From assembly GCF_006345805.1 (NCBI RefSeq), contig NW_021834528.1:1-63323 (forward strand): a DNA stretch of 63,323 bases. Direction: 5' to 3'. Within the stretch, counting starts at the first letter, position 1. Each line of letters begins with the position of its first letter. Both the position numbers and the translations under genes were made by a program. The notes beneath the pieces are model-generated. The model did not search any database. It saw only the letters and a list, made by a program, of their open reading frames with translations, and was not told the DNA's origin. Below are positions 36,648-50,963 of the stretch, one piece after another. The DNA is from Octopus sinensis. Lineage: Eukaryota.

Positions 36648-39600
36648 ACATACATACATACATACATACATACATACATACATACATACATACATACATA
36701 CATACATACATACATACAAACAAACATGGTGGTTGTCTACTCCTTTGCAGATTTGACCATCTCTTATACCTGCACCTTAGATCCATCATGGCGTCTGATA
36801 TGGCTTTTTAAACCAGACAATGTATTGAAAAGACATCCACTTAGATTGCATATCCGATTTGGACCACCAAGAATTGCAGTTAAGTTTTGAACTTTGTGGA
36901 TCTTAAAATGTATCGTGAGGCCTCCGTTAGATTTGCAGACCTTATGACATACACGGCATTGAAAGGTGTGTGCAGATATCTAGGCAGAATAGTTGGTGGA
37001 GGTTCGTTCTTCTTGGATTCGCAAATGAGATTTGATCCCAGGAAAGGAAAGACATGATCTATCACAAACTGTACACACAAAAAGGTCAATAAGATTCACC
37101 TTCTCGATCGCAACATTCTTCTTTAAATCTCTCTTCAGTCTTACATGTGTTATCCTGACCTTCTCAAAGGTTTTTCACTCCACTCCGCACTTTTGCTCGC
37201 CATCCAGCTCGATCCAAAGTAAGGGTTTCTATGTCCTCTGAATCCATTCCAAGTGAAATCATGGTAGTCCTTATGCTGTCCTTAAACCTCTTTGGAGGTT
37301 TACACCGACTGCGTTTCCTCTCTGCAAGCTCGCCATAAAACAGTTGTTTGGGTGTGTGTTCATCCACCATTCGAACAATATGGCCTGATCATCTCATTTG
37401 GTTTTTCAGAATCATTGATTTAATTGAAGTGATGCCTGCAGACGCAAAAACATTTGCAGACGCAAAAAAAAGCCCCATGCAATGTTTAAAATGCAGCGAA
37501 GGCATTTTGGGCGGAATCGTTCTGACAATTTGAAATGTCTTTCAAAACACGTCCATATTTCAGAAGAATGCAACAAGGGTAGTAAGACAAACGATTTGTA
37601 AAGAACCAATTTTGAGGTGTTATCCATATGTCGTTAGCTTCAAACTCGTGATTTCAAACAACTAAATGCTTGTGCTGCCCTTTGAATTCGCAAATGTATT
37701 TCTGAATCCAAATTTCCATCATTTTGTACAGAGTTTCCAAAGTAGAAGAAAGCGTCAAAAACCACAAGTAACTTACCCTTAACGACCATATTATAGGGGT
37801 TGCAAACAACACCATATGCAGGTTGATACATTACAATTGCTTTGTTTCTTTATCAAGTTGATGGTCAAGCCAAAATCATCAAAAGCTGAGTCGAATGCAG
37901 ATACAAGAGATTGCAGGCCCGTTTCAGGGTGACTAACTAGATCACAATCGTCAGAGTATAAAAGTTCCCTATTGCGTGCAGTGAAAACCTTTGCTTTGAA
38001 TTTCAGTCTGGTCAGATTAAAAACATTCCCTGTTCGATGTTTTATGTAAATACCCTCCCCATAGTTTTGAAAAGCATGTAACAGCACAACAACAAAGTAT
38101 ATTGCAAAGAGGGTTGTTGCATCAAGGTATCCTTGCTTTACTCCATTTTTCACAGCAAAAGATTCAGAGAGCCTACCACCAAAGTTAACTCTAGCCTTCA
38201 TATCTTGATGCAAAACCCTGATCATGTTTACAAATTTTTCTGGGCAACCTATTTTCCCTAGAATTAGCCAGAGCATTTCGATTAACAGTATTGAATACCT
38301 TGTTTAAATCAACAAAGCAATGGTATAGGGCAAGATTCTGTTCAGTGCACTTTACCTGAAATTGTCTGATACTAAAGATACAATCAACTGTGTCCCTGAC
38401 ATTGCGACTTAGACATCATATTTGGAACTATGAAGGTTTTTATCGTTCTAACAGAATGCGGGTAAGTACTTTTCTAACTACAGAAAAAGCGAAATCCCAC
38501 AAAAATTACCACAAAGATCCTTCGGCCCCGATTTATACAAGGAGATTAAAATGGCATCAATCCAGTCTTGAGGCACTTCCTCAGTTCTCCAACAGTGACA
38601 AATTAATATGAGTTCAAATATTTTGTCATCCCCATAATTCAAGACCTCTGCACAGATTCCATCAAACCCTGGATACTTATTGTTATTCAGCTTATTCACA
38701 GCTAAATTAATGTCATTTAGAGTTGGTTAAAATGCCATCACCTCAATAACTGGAAAGTGTTCGATTTTTTTTTTTCTATCATCCTCATGTCAACGGATGA
38801 TGGTCTATTCAAAAGTGCAGAAAAATGTTCTACCCAGCGCTTATGAATAGAAGCGGTGTCAATCAAAAACAAATGTCCATTTGCTGTTGTCACTGGAGCT
38901 ATTGAAGAAGATTTGAGGCTATATACCTCCTTAACATAACAGTATCAAACTCTTGACATCATTTCTATCAGCTACTTCTTGCGCCTCTTTTGCTCTGTCA
39001 TTCCACCATTCCTTTTTAATTTTCCTTCAGCTTTCTGTAAGCTTCGTTTGAGTTGGGATTCAAGGACTGAGAAAGAAGTGTATTGTCCAAGTTTTGGTTT
39101 TTCTAACAGTAGATCATAAATTTCTGGTGATTTGTCTGAAAACCAGTCACTGGACTTATGCGATTTAAATCCCATTGAAGAACTTACAGCCTAAAATACT
39201 TTTGTTTTGAAATCTTCCTATAGATTGATTGTTTCCATAGAATCGTGGAATCTTAGCAAGTTGCTTGATAATTTGAACTTTGCAACATTTAACTTTTTGG
39301 GCAATCTTAGGATCAGACTGTCGACTTTTAGGCATTACTGAAAAATTTATTTTTCAACGCACTAGACGATGGACAGTCCAGACCTCTGCTCCTCTCATGG
39401 CCCGAACATTAGAAACATCTTTCATATCATGCTTTCTGATCAAAATATAATCTAAAACAGGCCATGAAATGTAAACATTTCGAACTCATGCTTTGCAATC
39501 TCCCAATATGGCCAGCTTCTCAGAAATTGGTACTTTCCTCAATAATTGTGCTCGATCATCATAAAACTGTCCTACACTTTCACCAGAATGACACATTGTT

Positions 39601-40400
39601 GGTGCATAAATACTGACAATGGTAACAAACCTACCTTTTGTCAGCTTTATACGGCATGACATGGTTCGTTCAGATATCCCACATGGAAGTTCTGTAATGG
39701 AGGACACTAATGAATTCTTGAGAGCAAACCCAACATCAGATTCGCTTCGCTGAATCGCAGGTAGGCTTCTCCAGAAGATAGTATATCCATAAGTAAGTCC
39801 ATTTATTTGACGTTCGCCTGAGAGACGAGTTTCAGAGAACGCAACTGTATCAAGGGATTACTTTTTAAGCTCACATACAATAAGGGCAGTACGCCTTTCT
39901 GGCCTCTTGTTGCAATTATCATCGAGAAGTGTGCGCACATTCCAGCAGCCAAAATTTAGAGAATGTTAATTTTTTTCTTCTTCTTGGGGATTGTTTGATC
40001 AGTGACAGGATGACGACCGGGCCCAGCCTGTTACACAGTAGGACACCTGCTGAGCCAGATCTGTTCCCTTGACGTTCCCAAGCCTTTTTTTAAAAATCTG
40101 TTTGAGATATTTCAGAGTAAGTTGCAAGTTCATTTTTAGGTTTCTGCCTACCAGTTCAATGATTTTACTAAGAAGTACCTGTGCAGTTGTATATATTTTC
40201 AGTGATTGTAGCTTGCACTGCACTACCTTCACCTATTGGCCCAAGAAAACTTTCGCCGGTGTCACATGAGAACTGACAAAACCGGGAACTTCCAGGACCT
40301 CGGGTTTTATTTTGGAGATTTCCTTCTCCTAGATAGATCAATCAAGGTTAAAGAGCTTCTACCTGCCCATGAGGTAAGCTATCCCGTGTCAGACACCAAG
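36648..40400 (-). mobile_element. RTE-clade (BovB-like) LINE, near full-length, decayed
   Basis: APE domain (FGCWNVRTLLD..RPERRTALI; TIVSIYAPT..LAILGD), RT (GCPEKFVNMIR..GVKQG..LLYSDD), C-terminus (PKQLFYGEL..GKRF/KDS; LDRAGWR) and a C2H2-like CTVCDR..SHLR. The 3' tail is (TGTA)n. The 5' boundary is approximate. Confidence 0.9.
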
Positions 40401-40861
40401 CTGATACCCAATCGCTCCATAGAGTGATTAATTATCATTCCAGTGTCCGACACGGAGCAGCTCATACATAGAGAAAAGGTAAAAGACATGCAATTTTAAA
40501 ATATTACAAAAATAAGATTTAAACATTAATAGATACACATATAAAAAAGTAAAAAAATATACGTATATATACAAATACGAATATATAAAAAACGATATAT
40601 AGATATTTACACACATTTGTTGGATGGCCGTTGACTACTCATGAATTCCTCCGCCCTTTGACAGGTCTTATTTTTCGTCCCGTAGGGTGTCCAACAATCA
40701 CCCTTCTCACCCAGCAAGCCTGGTGGGGTTGCCAGTTTAGCCGCCGACGACCCGACCATGCAACAGGTTGTCCTGGATTACATGTTACCAGTAGCACTAC
40801 ATACATCTTCTTGGTTTCGCTTTGCGAGCGAAAATTTAAGGAAATTAATGTGTGTGTGTGT

Positions 40862-40899
<38 letters not shown>

Positions 40900-40967
40900 T
40901 GTGTGTGCGCGCGCGCGCGTGTGTGTGTGCGCGTGTGTGTGCGTGTGTATGTGTGTGTGTGTGTGTA

Positions 40968-41265
40968 GTGGAGGCACATGGCCGAGTGGTTAGAGTAGCG
41001 GACTCGCGGTCGAGGGATCGCGGGTTCGAATCTCAGACCGGGCGATGTGTGTGTTTATGAGCGAAACGCCAAAGCTCCACACGGCTCCGGCAAAAGGTAA
41101 TGGCGAACTTCTGCTGACTCTTTCGCCACAACTTTCTCTCACTCTTTCCTCCTGCGACGGACCGGCGTCCCGTCCAGCTGGGGTACCTATACGCCAAAGA
41201 AACCGGGAAACCGGCCCTTATGAGCCAGGCATAGCTGGAGAAGGAAGAAACAAAAAACATATATA
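40968..41265 (+). mobile_element. SINE family C (tRNA-Arg-like head)
   Basis: GTGGAGGC..ATGGCCGAGTGGTTAGAGTAGCGGACTCGCGG...GGGTTCGAATC contains A and B boxes. Copies at 15800-16094-, 18235-18490-, 44885-45190+ and 52500-52884-. Confidence 0.8.
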
Positions 41266-41778
41266 TATATATAGAGAGAGAGAATAAGGAAGGGGTTAGG
41301 CCACTGGTGATCAAAACTTATAGGCACACTGTGTAAGTGCTCCAATTGATAAGCCACTAGGATCCAAGTTTACAACGGGGACCGGAACTGGGGATCCGTA
41401 GCCTACTTCCGAGCAGCGGGTATAAACAAAACCAAGGCAGAACAAGCTTATCAGATATTCTAAATCATTTTAATTATCATAACGGTGAATCTAAGAAAGC
41501 AAAAGTAAATAATAATGTCTTACAGTTGCTTCAGGCATATTCCAGATAATGGATCAATGTGTTGATCCACATTTCCATATACTGAGTATTCCGTCAGCGA
41601 TTTTTTTTGCTCCGTCTTCCCTTCTTTGGATCTTTCCTTCCTATGTTTCTGACGAAGAGCTCCGCTCGAAACATTAAACCCTCCTTCTTTCCTCCTTTCC
41701 TGGGCGTCCAATAATACTATACTTGTTCCACGTCCTCGCGTTGTTGTGTTTTCTCTTTGTGTTTTCATGTTTGGATTA

Positions 41779-41843
<65 letters not shown>

Positions 41844-42117
41844 GGAAAACAAAACCAGGGTAGGACGAGCATCTCAGGTCATTCAGAATATTTAATTAGA
41901 ATAAAAAAAAGAGAGGTAGAAGTAAGTTGTGTCTTACAGCTGTTTCTAGGATATCCTAGGTAATGGGTAAACACATCCATACACTAGGTATTCCGTCATC
42001 AGAGACAATGTGTATATGCAGGAAAGTTCCAGACAGAGAATTCACAGTAGATAAAAGAATAAAGATGGAAGAATAAAGTTCACAGTTCATCAGTGAACTA
42101 AACCCTTCGTATTCTTT

Positions 42118-42157
<40 letters not shown>

Positions 42158-42194
42158 ACACACACAATTTAGTATGAGGCTTTAAAATGAATCA

Positions 42195-42207
42195 TAAATA
42201 GACAGAC

Positions 42208-42266
<59 letters not shown>

Positions 42267-42275
42267 CAGATAGAC

Positions 42276-42371
<96 letters not shown>

Positions 42372-42372
42372 G
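42195..42372. repeat. (GATA)n/(GACA)n microsatellite; many other (TA)n, (CA)n, (TACA)n, (CT)n and trinucleotide tracts throughout
   Basis: Direct inspection. Confidence 0.97.
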
Positions 42373-42856
42373 ATTCTTTTTAATGACCTCATACTAAATG
42401 TTTCAAAAAGAAGGTAAGAAGTATGCTATCAATTTATTCATCACTAATATTTCATTTCATTGGTATATTTAATAATATCGCCTCCATATAAATGAATATC
42501 AGTCAATTCTGATCAAAATTATTCTGAACTCTGAAAATAACGAACTTCATAGAAAGCGTGTTCTTTGTCCAGCATGTTATAGATCCTGTCATATCCAGTT
42601 CTCTTCCTGTATAAATAACAGGATTTCACACATTTCAATGGAGAACGCAGTCGATATAAACCAGACCAGTATTTTATAGGTGTAAATTTTATGGGCTCGA
42701 GGGAAATAGAAGGCAAATCAACTCCTGGCAAATCAACGTTCTGTGTATTTGAACACAGAACGTAAAGTGACGAACCTAAAATCCTATAAGATATATTTAG
42801 TCCGGCATCAGGCATCAGACATCCGGCATACTATCGTTTCTGCCCTTCACCGTTTA

Positions 42857-42878
42857 TAAATCTGTATATATATAAGGC

Positions 42879-42909
<31 letters not shown>

Positions 42910-43160
42910 TGTGTGTGTATGTACGTGATTGTAGTCTATGCACATCCACAAATTAGCACGCATGTCGCTCAAAGTTTAGGAGTACATTCGTCACGTATTT
43001 TCGTCAAATTATTTTCCCCCGAGGCACCCGCGAATAGCGGTAAATTATTTTGAGCCATAACTTCTAATAATTTTCACGGCAGAGAAATCCACTATATTAA
43101 CGCCATTATTGTTTATAAAACATGAGTTAAGTCGCCTTCTAGCGACGGTGTAACGAGAGG
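42857..43160 (+). mobile_element. Possible truncated Helitron-like element with (GT)n core
   Basis: The start TCTGTATATATATAAGGCAG(GT)n resembles the Helitron 5' end at 43682. No 3' hairpin-CTAG is found. Confidence 0.35.
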
Positions 43161-43335
43161 GAGAGAGAGAGAGAGAGAGAGATAACAGATTTTTTTAATT
43201 TCTTTTTAGTGAGTGATTGATAGACAAAAACAGACAGGTGTTGTTATGTATAAATGTGTGAATGGCTTCAGTCACACACACACACACACTAGCGTGTATG
43301 CGTACAAAACACATGCATGCATGTGTGTGTTGCCC

Positions 43336-43467
<132 letters not shown>

Positions 43468-43681
43468 CATTATTGGTGAATTGAAGAAATGGAGCTGAAC
43501 GCAGATTGAACAGAAATCGTTTTATTTCATTCTACACGTGTTTCATTCTACACGTGTTTACTGCTGTGATTTTTGCTACTAAGGTATCGGTTAAACTTTT
43601 GATTAATCTACTACAAGATTATTCATCTTTCTATTTCACATAATATATATATATAATATATATATATATATATACACTATA

Positions 43682-44192
43682 TCTCTATCTATATAAAGCT
43701 GAAATTGTCTGTGTAAGGCAGGTTTGGTAGCCTTCAACTAAAACTATCTCCTCCGAGACCCTGCGGTACAAGTTGACCAAAATTGAGAGTATGATAGAAG
43801 GCTTGCTCTTCCTTCCGTAGAAGATAAAATTCAAATTGGAATAATGTTAACACCAAAAATTATTTACATAAAAAAGGTGCTTTTTTTCTATGAAAATCCC
43901 TACTTTTTACGATGTTTTGACTGCTGTATCGCCATTTTTCGGTGTATTTCAACCAGAAAAATGTTTACTTAAAGAGAATAACAAGCTACATAATGCAAAA
44001 TTTTTACTTTCCGAAAATTCCAATTCTAAAGAGTCGAAACAAACCCGAGTAATCATTATATGGATAATACACAAGGAATGTGCACTCAGACATTCTGGAA
44101 TAACATATTTATAAATTTTTATGTTATTGTTTATATACAGAAAGTAACAACCACACTCTTACCCGCGCGTAGAGCGGGTCACCTTCAGCTAG
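43682..44192 (+). mobile_element. Non-autonomous Helitron
   Basis: 5' A|TCTCTATCTATATAAA; 3' hairpin ACCCGC-GCGTAGA-GCGGGT (44161-44179), then CTAG|T at 44189-44193. Confidence 0.8.
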
Positions 44193-45437
44193 TTATATAT
44201 ATATATATATATATATATACATACATACCTATACCTATATACACACACACACACATATATACATATATATACACACACATATATATATGCAAATATTTAT
44301 TATATATATATGTATTATATATGTATGTGTGTGTGTGTGTGTGTACTCATCCAACAAAGAATACACTGGAAAACCTTTTCATTTCACCGTCGTCGTTGAT
44401 GTGCTTTTTTTTTCTCATTTTGTTCTTTTTCCAGTTTTCTTAGTCATATTTTATATTTATTGTTCTAAACCATTTCGTTTTCCTGTGTTATTTTATCTCC
44501 TCTGCATCCAATTTCACATAAGCTTCATCTTTTTCTTTAGTCTGATTGTGTGTTCTTTCTTCTTCCTTTCTTCAGTCTCCGTTTGTATTTTTCTTCTTTC
44601 TTTTTTACTCAAACTGTAATATCAGTTTTCGTTGAGTAGATCAAAAGTATTTCTCATTTTGTATACATTTGTTTTGACAACATATCTTTTCATCATTCTG
44701 AGCTAAATAACCCCTATCCCCCTACTTTCTTCCTTGACCAGCTGTCTTTTTCTCTCAATTAATATCGAGATAGCTTTATTCTCCGAGTCAAAAGTCTTAC
44801 TTAGTTAAGATGATAGTCTATTTAAGTAAGTTATTGTATCTCTTTCTAGGTATACAACCATTTACATCCGACTATTTAAGAACAAGCGGCCTAGTGGTTA
44901 GAGCAGTGGACTCGCGGTCGAGGGATCGCGGGTTCGAATCTCAGACTGGGCGATGTGTGTGTTTATGAGCGAAATACCTAATAAGCTCCACGCGGTTCCG
45001 GCAGAAGGTAATGGCGAACTTCTGCTGACTCTTTCGCCAGAAATTTTCTCACTCTTTCCTCTTGCATCTTGCAGCTCACCTGCGACGGACCGGCGTCCCG
45101 TCCAGGTGGGGAACCTATACGCCAAGGAAACAGGGAAACCGGCCCTATGGGCCAGGCGTGGCTCGAGAAGGAACAAACAGCAATTTAAGAACAAAGAAAC
45201 ATGACTATTCTATGAAAATAATGCAAAATAAAATTTCAAATCCAGTCGGCGATCTGGCGAACCTGATAGTGCGCTGAACAAAATGCCTTGCGGTATTTGC
45301 TCAAGCTCTTAACGCTTAATTTTTTTTTAAAACAGTGTACTGGGCGTTTTTTTTTTCTTTATTTGTTTCAGTCATTTGACTGCGGCCAAGCTGGAGCACC
45401 GCCTTTAGTCGAGCAAATCGACCCCAGGACTTATTCT

Positions 45438-45862
45438 GGATCTTTTCGGTTTAAACGGCAGTTTTTCTAGCAGTGTCATATGAAATTATCACCCATAATT
45501 ATGACCCTAGTATCGATCTATTGCATTTCAATGTGTTTTAGGGTTAGGGTTAGTTAGGGTTAGGGGTGGGGGGAAGGGTATCTTTTTTCTTCACAAATGT
45601 AAATAATCCCAATCTGTTTCTAAAACGAGGGACATATTCATACGGCACGCCATGTTTTTTACCTCAATGGACGTCACTGATTGGTGAAATTGCAGAAATT
45701 GAAGAAAAAAAAACAACAAATATCTTACAAAGTATAGAATTTTCTCAATAAAGCCAAGAGAAAAAGATGTTTTATAAACACATTCTACCAGTATACGAAG
45801 TTTAACATTTTTTAGTTACCTAGAAATTATGTTAAAAACTGCCATTCAAACCGAAAAGATCC
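45438..45862 (+). mobile_element. Second copy of the TTAGGG-bearing MITE, inserted into a SINE
   Basis: Same TIRs and body as 3329-3758. A perfect 8-bp TSD CTTATTCT lies at 45430-45437 and 45863-45870. Confidence 0.92.
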
Positions 45863-48800
45863 CTTATTCTTTGTAAGCCCAGTACTTATTCTATCGGTCT
45901 ATCTTGCCTAACCGCTAAGTGACGGGGACATAAACACACCAGCATCGGTTGTCAAGCGATTTGGGGGGGGGGACAAACACAGACACACAAACATATACAC
46001 ACACACACACTCACATATATATATATACACACACATACATATATATATACATATATACGACGGGCTTCTTTCAGTTTCCGCATACCAAATCCACTCACAA
46101 AGCTTTGGTCGGCCCGAGGCTATAGAAGTCACTTGCCCAAAGTGCCGCGTTTGTAAAATGTTATTCTGCGAAAGAGGACTCACAAATAGAAAGGTTTGAG
46201 AAACATGGTGCATATTAACGTGGTTGTGATGCTGCTTCAATCGGCGGTTCGCTCTATCTGACATTGGTGACCTATCACCGTTAGCTAGACACCCACACTT
46301 TTCGTTTTCCATCATGAAAAGTCCGGTGATTGGAGGCCGATTTGAACTCATAGAGCCGAAACAAATACTGTAAAACATCTCGACCGACGCTCTAATAAAT
46401 ATATCCACCTATTCACTACCTAAAATTTATGCTTTTTTATTGACCTCCGACGGATTAAAGACAAAACTAACCCCCGTGGGATTTGAACTCAGAAGAAAGA
46501 GAACTGGAACAAATACCATAAATTCATTTGATCTGACTCTCTAAACACTTCTACCAGTTCGTGACAAGACTCCATTGTCACAGCTGGGTACTGAATATGC
46601 TCAATCATAAGTTCGTTCATTCAAGCACGATCTTGGATTAACAATAATCTTAAGAACATCATGAATATTACTTCCCATTTATCCCCCTTCTTAAGATATT
46701 TGAATCACTGTACTTTTTTAGTGAAAAAAACAGAAAACGATGCCACGATATTTAGAAATAAATGAGTGATCTTTGATGTTTGGTGCCAAATTAGTCTGAA
46801 CCAGACTAATTATAGTTGATCAAAGACATTCCAATTATGAGCATTGCGGCTTTATTTCGGTCATACTATATCTAAAATGAATATTATCCAGTGCATCGCT
46901 CGTTCTTTTTTTATGTTATTGATTTTTTAACAAAAAAAAAAACATTAGCATGCGATTTGAAGGAGATTTCGTTACTGTTTCTAGCATGTAAAAGCTCGTC
47001 ATTCGCTCATTGTTGTTGATGGTGGTGGAGATGAATACCGTTTCAAGATAGCGAAAATGCAAGCATTTACTCGCGACGCAACCTGCTAATGGCACTATGT
47101 GACGCTGTGTTTTATCTTTATGCATAAAGTTACGTGAGAGATAAACTTTGGAATACAAAAGTTTATATAAACATATCTATGTTTGCTATGTCAGAAGATG
47201 ATTGATTTCTTCCGCAATTTCGTTAATAAAAAGAGGATATATAAAAAAAATAGATTTACAAATATCAACTATTTATATAACATTGAGACCAAAATATCTT
47301 AAGGTAGGTATTTTTGCTTATTTTCTTTTTCATCGCCCGTACTTTTATTAATATTAGTTAATTTATTTAGCACTTCGGGTAAAATGCTTTGTGTCATTTC
47401 GTCCGTCTTTACGTTCTGTGTTCAAAATACGTCGACTTTGCCTTTCATCCTTTCGGGGTCGACTATATAAGTACCAGTTACGCACTGGGGTCGATGCAAT
47501 CGACTTAATCCCTTGTTTGTACACTCTATGTTTAGCCCCTTGTGTGCAATAAAAAAGGCGGGGTGAAAGACGGGATGATATTATTTCACTTAATCTGAAA
47601 TTTAAAAAATTAAATAAAATAAAAACAGAGGTTTGAGTAATTCGAGAAAATCATTCCAGTCCTTGAAATATGCACCTTGTGGTAAAAGTGTGGTATATAA
47701 TGCAGGGTGAGAAGGAGAGAGATAAAGGGGTATAAAGGAAGATAATAGGGAAACAAAGAAATGGAAATGGCTGAAATAGGAACAGGTTGCAGCCAGAAAA
47801 TTCTTAAGAAAAATGTTGCTTATAATATTGGTTTCAAATTTTGGCACAAGGCCAGCAAGTTGATCACATCAAATCCAATGCTTGTCTGATACTTATTTTA
47901 TCAGTCTCGAAAGGATATAAGTCAAAGTCGACTTTGTCGGAATTTGAACTCACATTGTTAAGACGGGCGAAATGCCGCCCAGCATTTCGCCCACCCGGCG
48001 GTTCTGGCAATTCGCCGCCTTTAAGTCATTTATAAGATTGGTGAAATAGTCATAAACGCTCGGCGATACATGGTAGATGTGAATTGTAATGCTTCAAGCA
48101 ATAGGTGGCTGTATAGATTGTAAAGTATGACTTATGTAGGAATGATGTTTCCAGGTATTCCAGGTAATTTATGGAAGAGAATTATGTGGGGAATAAATGG
48201 TGGTGGCGGGTCTTCAACTTTCAGCGGAGAAGCTTCAATTGTTCGTTCACCTGAATAATCTGGTTAAAAATTAATAAGTATTCTGAAGACTCGTGTAACC
48301 TTAGTGTAATTCTTAGGCAGAATCAGTGCGACAAGTCTGTACCTTTTGAGTTACATGTACTCTTCTCCTGTCGGGCTTCTATGCAGTTTCTGTCAACCAA
48401 CTTTCACTTACAGTGCATGGGGTGATCCGAGGACATAGAAAATGACATTTGCCCAAGCGCCACACTGTGGAATCGAGCATGAGACTTCGTGAGGACATTT
48501 GCCCGAATTCCATGCTGTGGAATCAAGATTGAGACTTTGTGGTTGCGAAGTGAACTTCTTAATGATTCAGCCAGACTGCACCCACGTACTCATAGTTGTT
48601 CAAAGATAAATATTTATTTTGTTCTAGGCAGATTTTTTAGTCTTTCTAAAGCAGTTCTGACAAAGTTGAAAATATGGTAATTCGAAATCATATCACAAGA
48701 GTTGTGAACTTCTAAGATCTACAGAAGGATTGTTTTAAGTTGGGAGGTATTCCTTATATTAAAGATTTAATGCCGTTTTTATGCTCACCATAATAGCCTT

Positions 48801-49659
48801 CTGAGTTTTCATATACTTAAACATCCTCAGATTTCTGGATCTCCTCTGAAGATGCAGTTTAGACCCTGGTTGATAAATCCTGTTTATGAAACAGAAACTG
48901 CTAATGTAGATGAAATTAATACAAAAGGAAATCTTTATAGGAGTCAATGAGTTTACTAATTGGACTAATTAACACAATGCTACTGATAATGAAGTGGGAA
49001 GTAGTCTGCAAAAGGGCTGGGCAGGTCACCAACGTTTGGATAGGCAGGGAACAGGTGCAATAAGAAAACTAGCGTTTGATAGACCTGTGTGTTTATAACA
49101 AAGAATAAACCATTGAAGAGGACGGAATTCCTCAGAAAGAGGAGTGGAATGAACTGAAAGGAAATGAGGAAACAAAACTCCATTATATATCGTCTGACAA
49201 TAGTAATAACAAACACAAGCAAATATTTCTTGTAGACTGCAACAAAATACAAGCAAACCAATGTGTACACACTATCAGCGATATTTGTACATCCAGAGAT
49301 ATTGTGCGAAACCTGATAACCAGTTCATCTAGCAAGTGGCGCCTCATTTCAGTGAGGGGGCTGGTGCGCCATGATACCGTCGAGAGGTAGCCCCCACCCC
49401 AAACGGCGCGCATTCTCTCCTGATGACCCCATAAACTAGCTAGCATCCGGTATGCGGAGCTTTCAACTGGTAGAGCTTACATCTGCAAGTTGTTTGCAAA
49501 AAATCAAACAGAAGCGCACATAGATGTAGAGAAAGCAGCGCTGGATTAACCATTAAGCAAAATAAGCACGTGATTAGGGTACTGAGGGAAGGGAGCACCA
49601 CATAAATGGTAAATAGTTTACGGTACAAAAGAAATTATTTAAAACTTGTTAAAATAAAC

Positions 49660-49870
49660 ATTATTGGGTGTGTCTTTCCAAATGTAGACATTGCCTGTGG
49701 TATATTTTTAACATTAATGGTTACAAATTGCTCAGCTGAGAGTTCATTTTCGCCGTTAAAAATTTCATCAGAACAAGGCAAGCTAGATGATTCATCCCTA
49801 CTAAGTATAGAGGCAGATTAATTTCGAAGATATGATCAAAGACTTTGCAACTAAAAAAAAAGAAGTAAGA
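49660..49870 (+). pseudogene. hAT transposase C-terminal dimerization-domain remnant
   Basis: VFPNVDIACGIFLTLMVTNCSAESSFSPLK...SLLSIEAD...MIKDFATKK. Confidence 0.75.
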
Positions 49871-50046
49871 GAAAACTTTTCAGATATAAATAAAGTGGAA
49901 GTCTACAAAAAAATAAACATTATTTTCCATCATTCTGTTAGTTTCGCTTCATTTAAAAAAGAATTTTTTTTTAATCATTTTATGATTTATTATTGTTTAT
50001 TTTCTGATTTACATATATATGGGTCTTAATCTGGCCCTGAGAAAGG

Positions 50047-50085
<39 letters not shown>

Positions 50086-50631
50086 ACAGATACTCTCAGA
50101 TACCCTCACACAAACACAAGAGGTGTACACCAAGACTATAATTAGTTAAATAAGTCGGATCCGATAAGTATTCGCGTTCGATCAACAAAGGTATCCATTC
50201 ATTGAAATTATAATTACAGTTTCAGGGTATTTCGCAGACATTTGTACCTTTACATTTAAAGCACGCACGCACGCACACACACACGCACACACACACACAC
50301 ACACACAAATACACACATACACACATGAATAAATAACATAACACACACACATATATATTTGTTTTTTCTTTATTATTCTTTTATTTGTTTCAGTCATTTG
50401 ACTGCGGCCATGCTGGAGCACCACCTTTAGTCGAACAAATCGACTCCAGGACTTACTCTTTATAAGACTAGTACTTATTCTACGGAGGTCTTTTGCCGAT
50501 CCGCTAGGTTACGGGGACGTAAACACATTAGCATCGGTAGTCAAGCGATGCTGGGAGAATAAACACAGACACACAAATACATACATACATATACATATAT
50601 TCATATACATACATACATTCATCTACATACA

Positions 50632-50663
<32 letters not shown>

Positions 50664-50672
50664 CATACATAC

Positions 50673-50796
<124 letters not shown>

Positions 50797-50928
50797 CGGG
50801 CTTCTTTCAGTTTCGGTCTTTGGTCGGCCCGAGGCTACAGTAGAAGACACTTGCCCAGGGTGCTACGCAGTGGGATTGAATCCGGAATCATGTGGTTGGG
50901 AACCAAAACACGCATCTACTCCTGTGTG

Positions 50929-50963
<35 letters not shown>

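Noticed and set aside
40968-41045. tRNA-like sequences with A and B boxes
   Set aside because: They are SINE heads continuing into SINE bodies, with no intact cloverleaf or terminator, so they are not called as tRNA genes.
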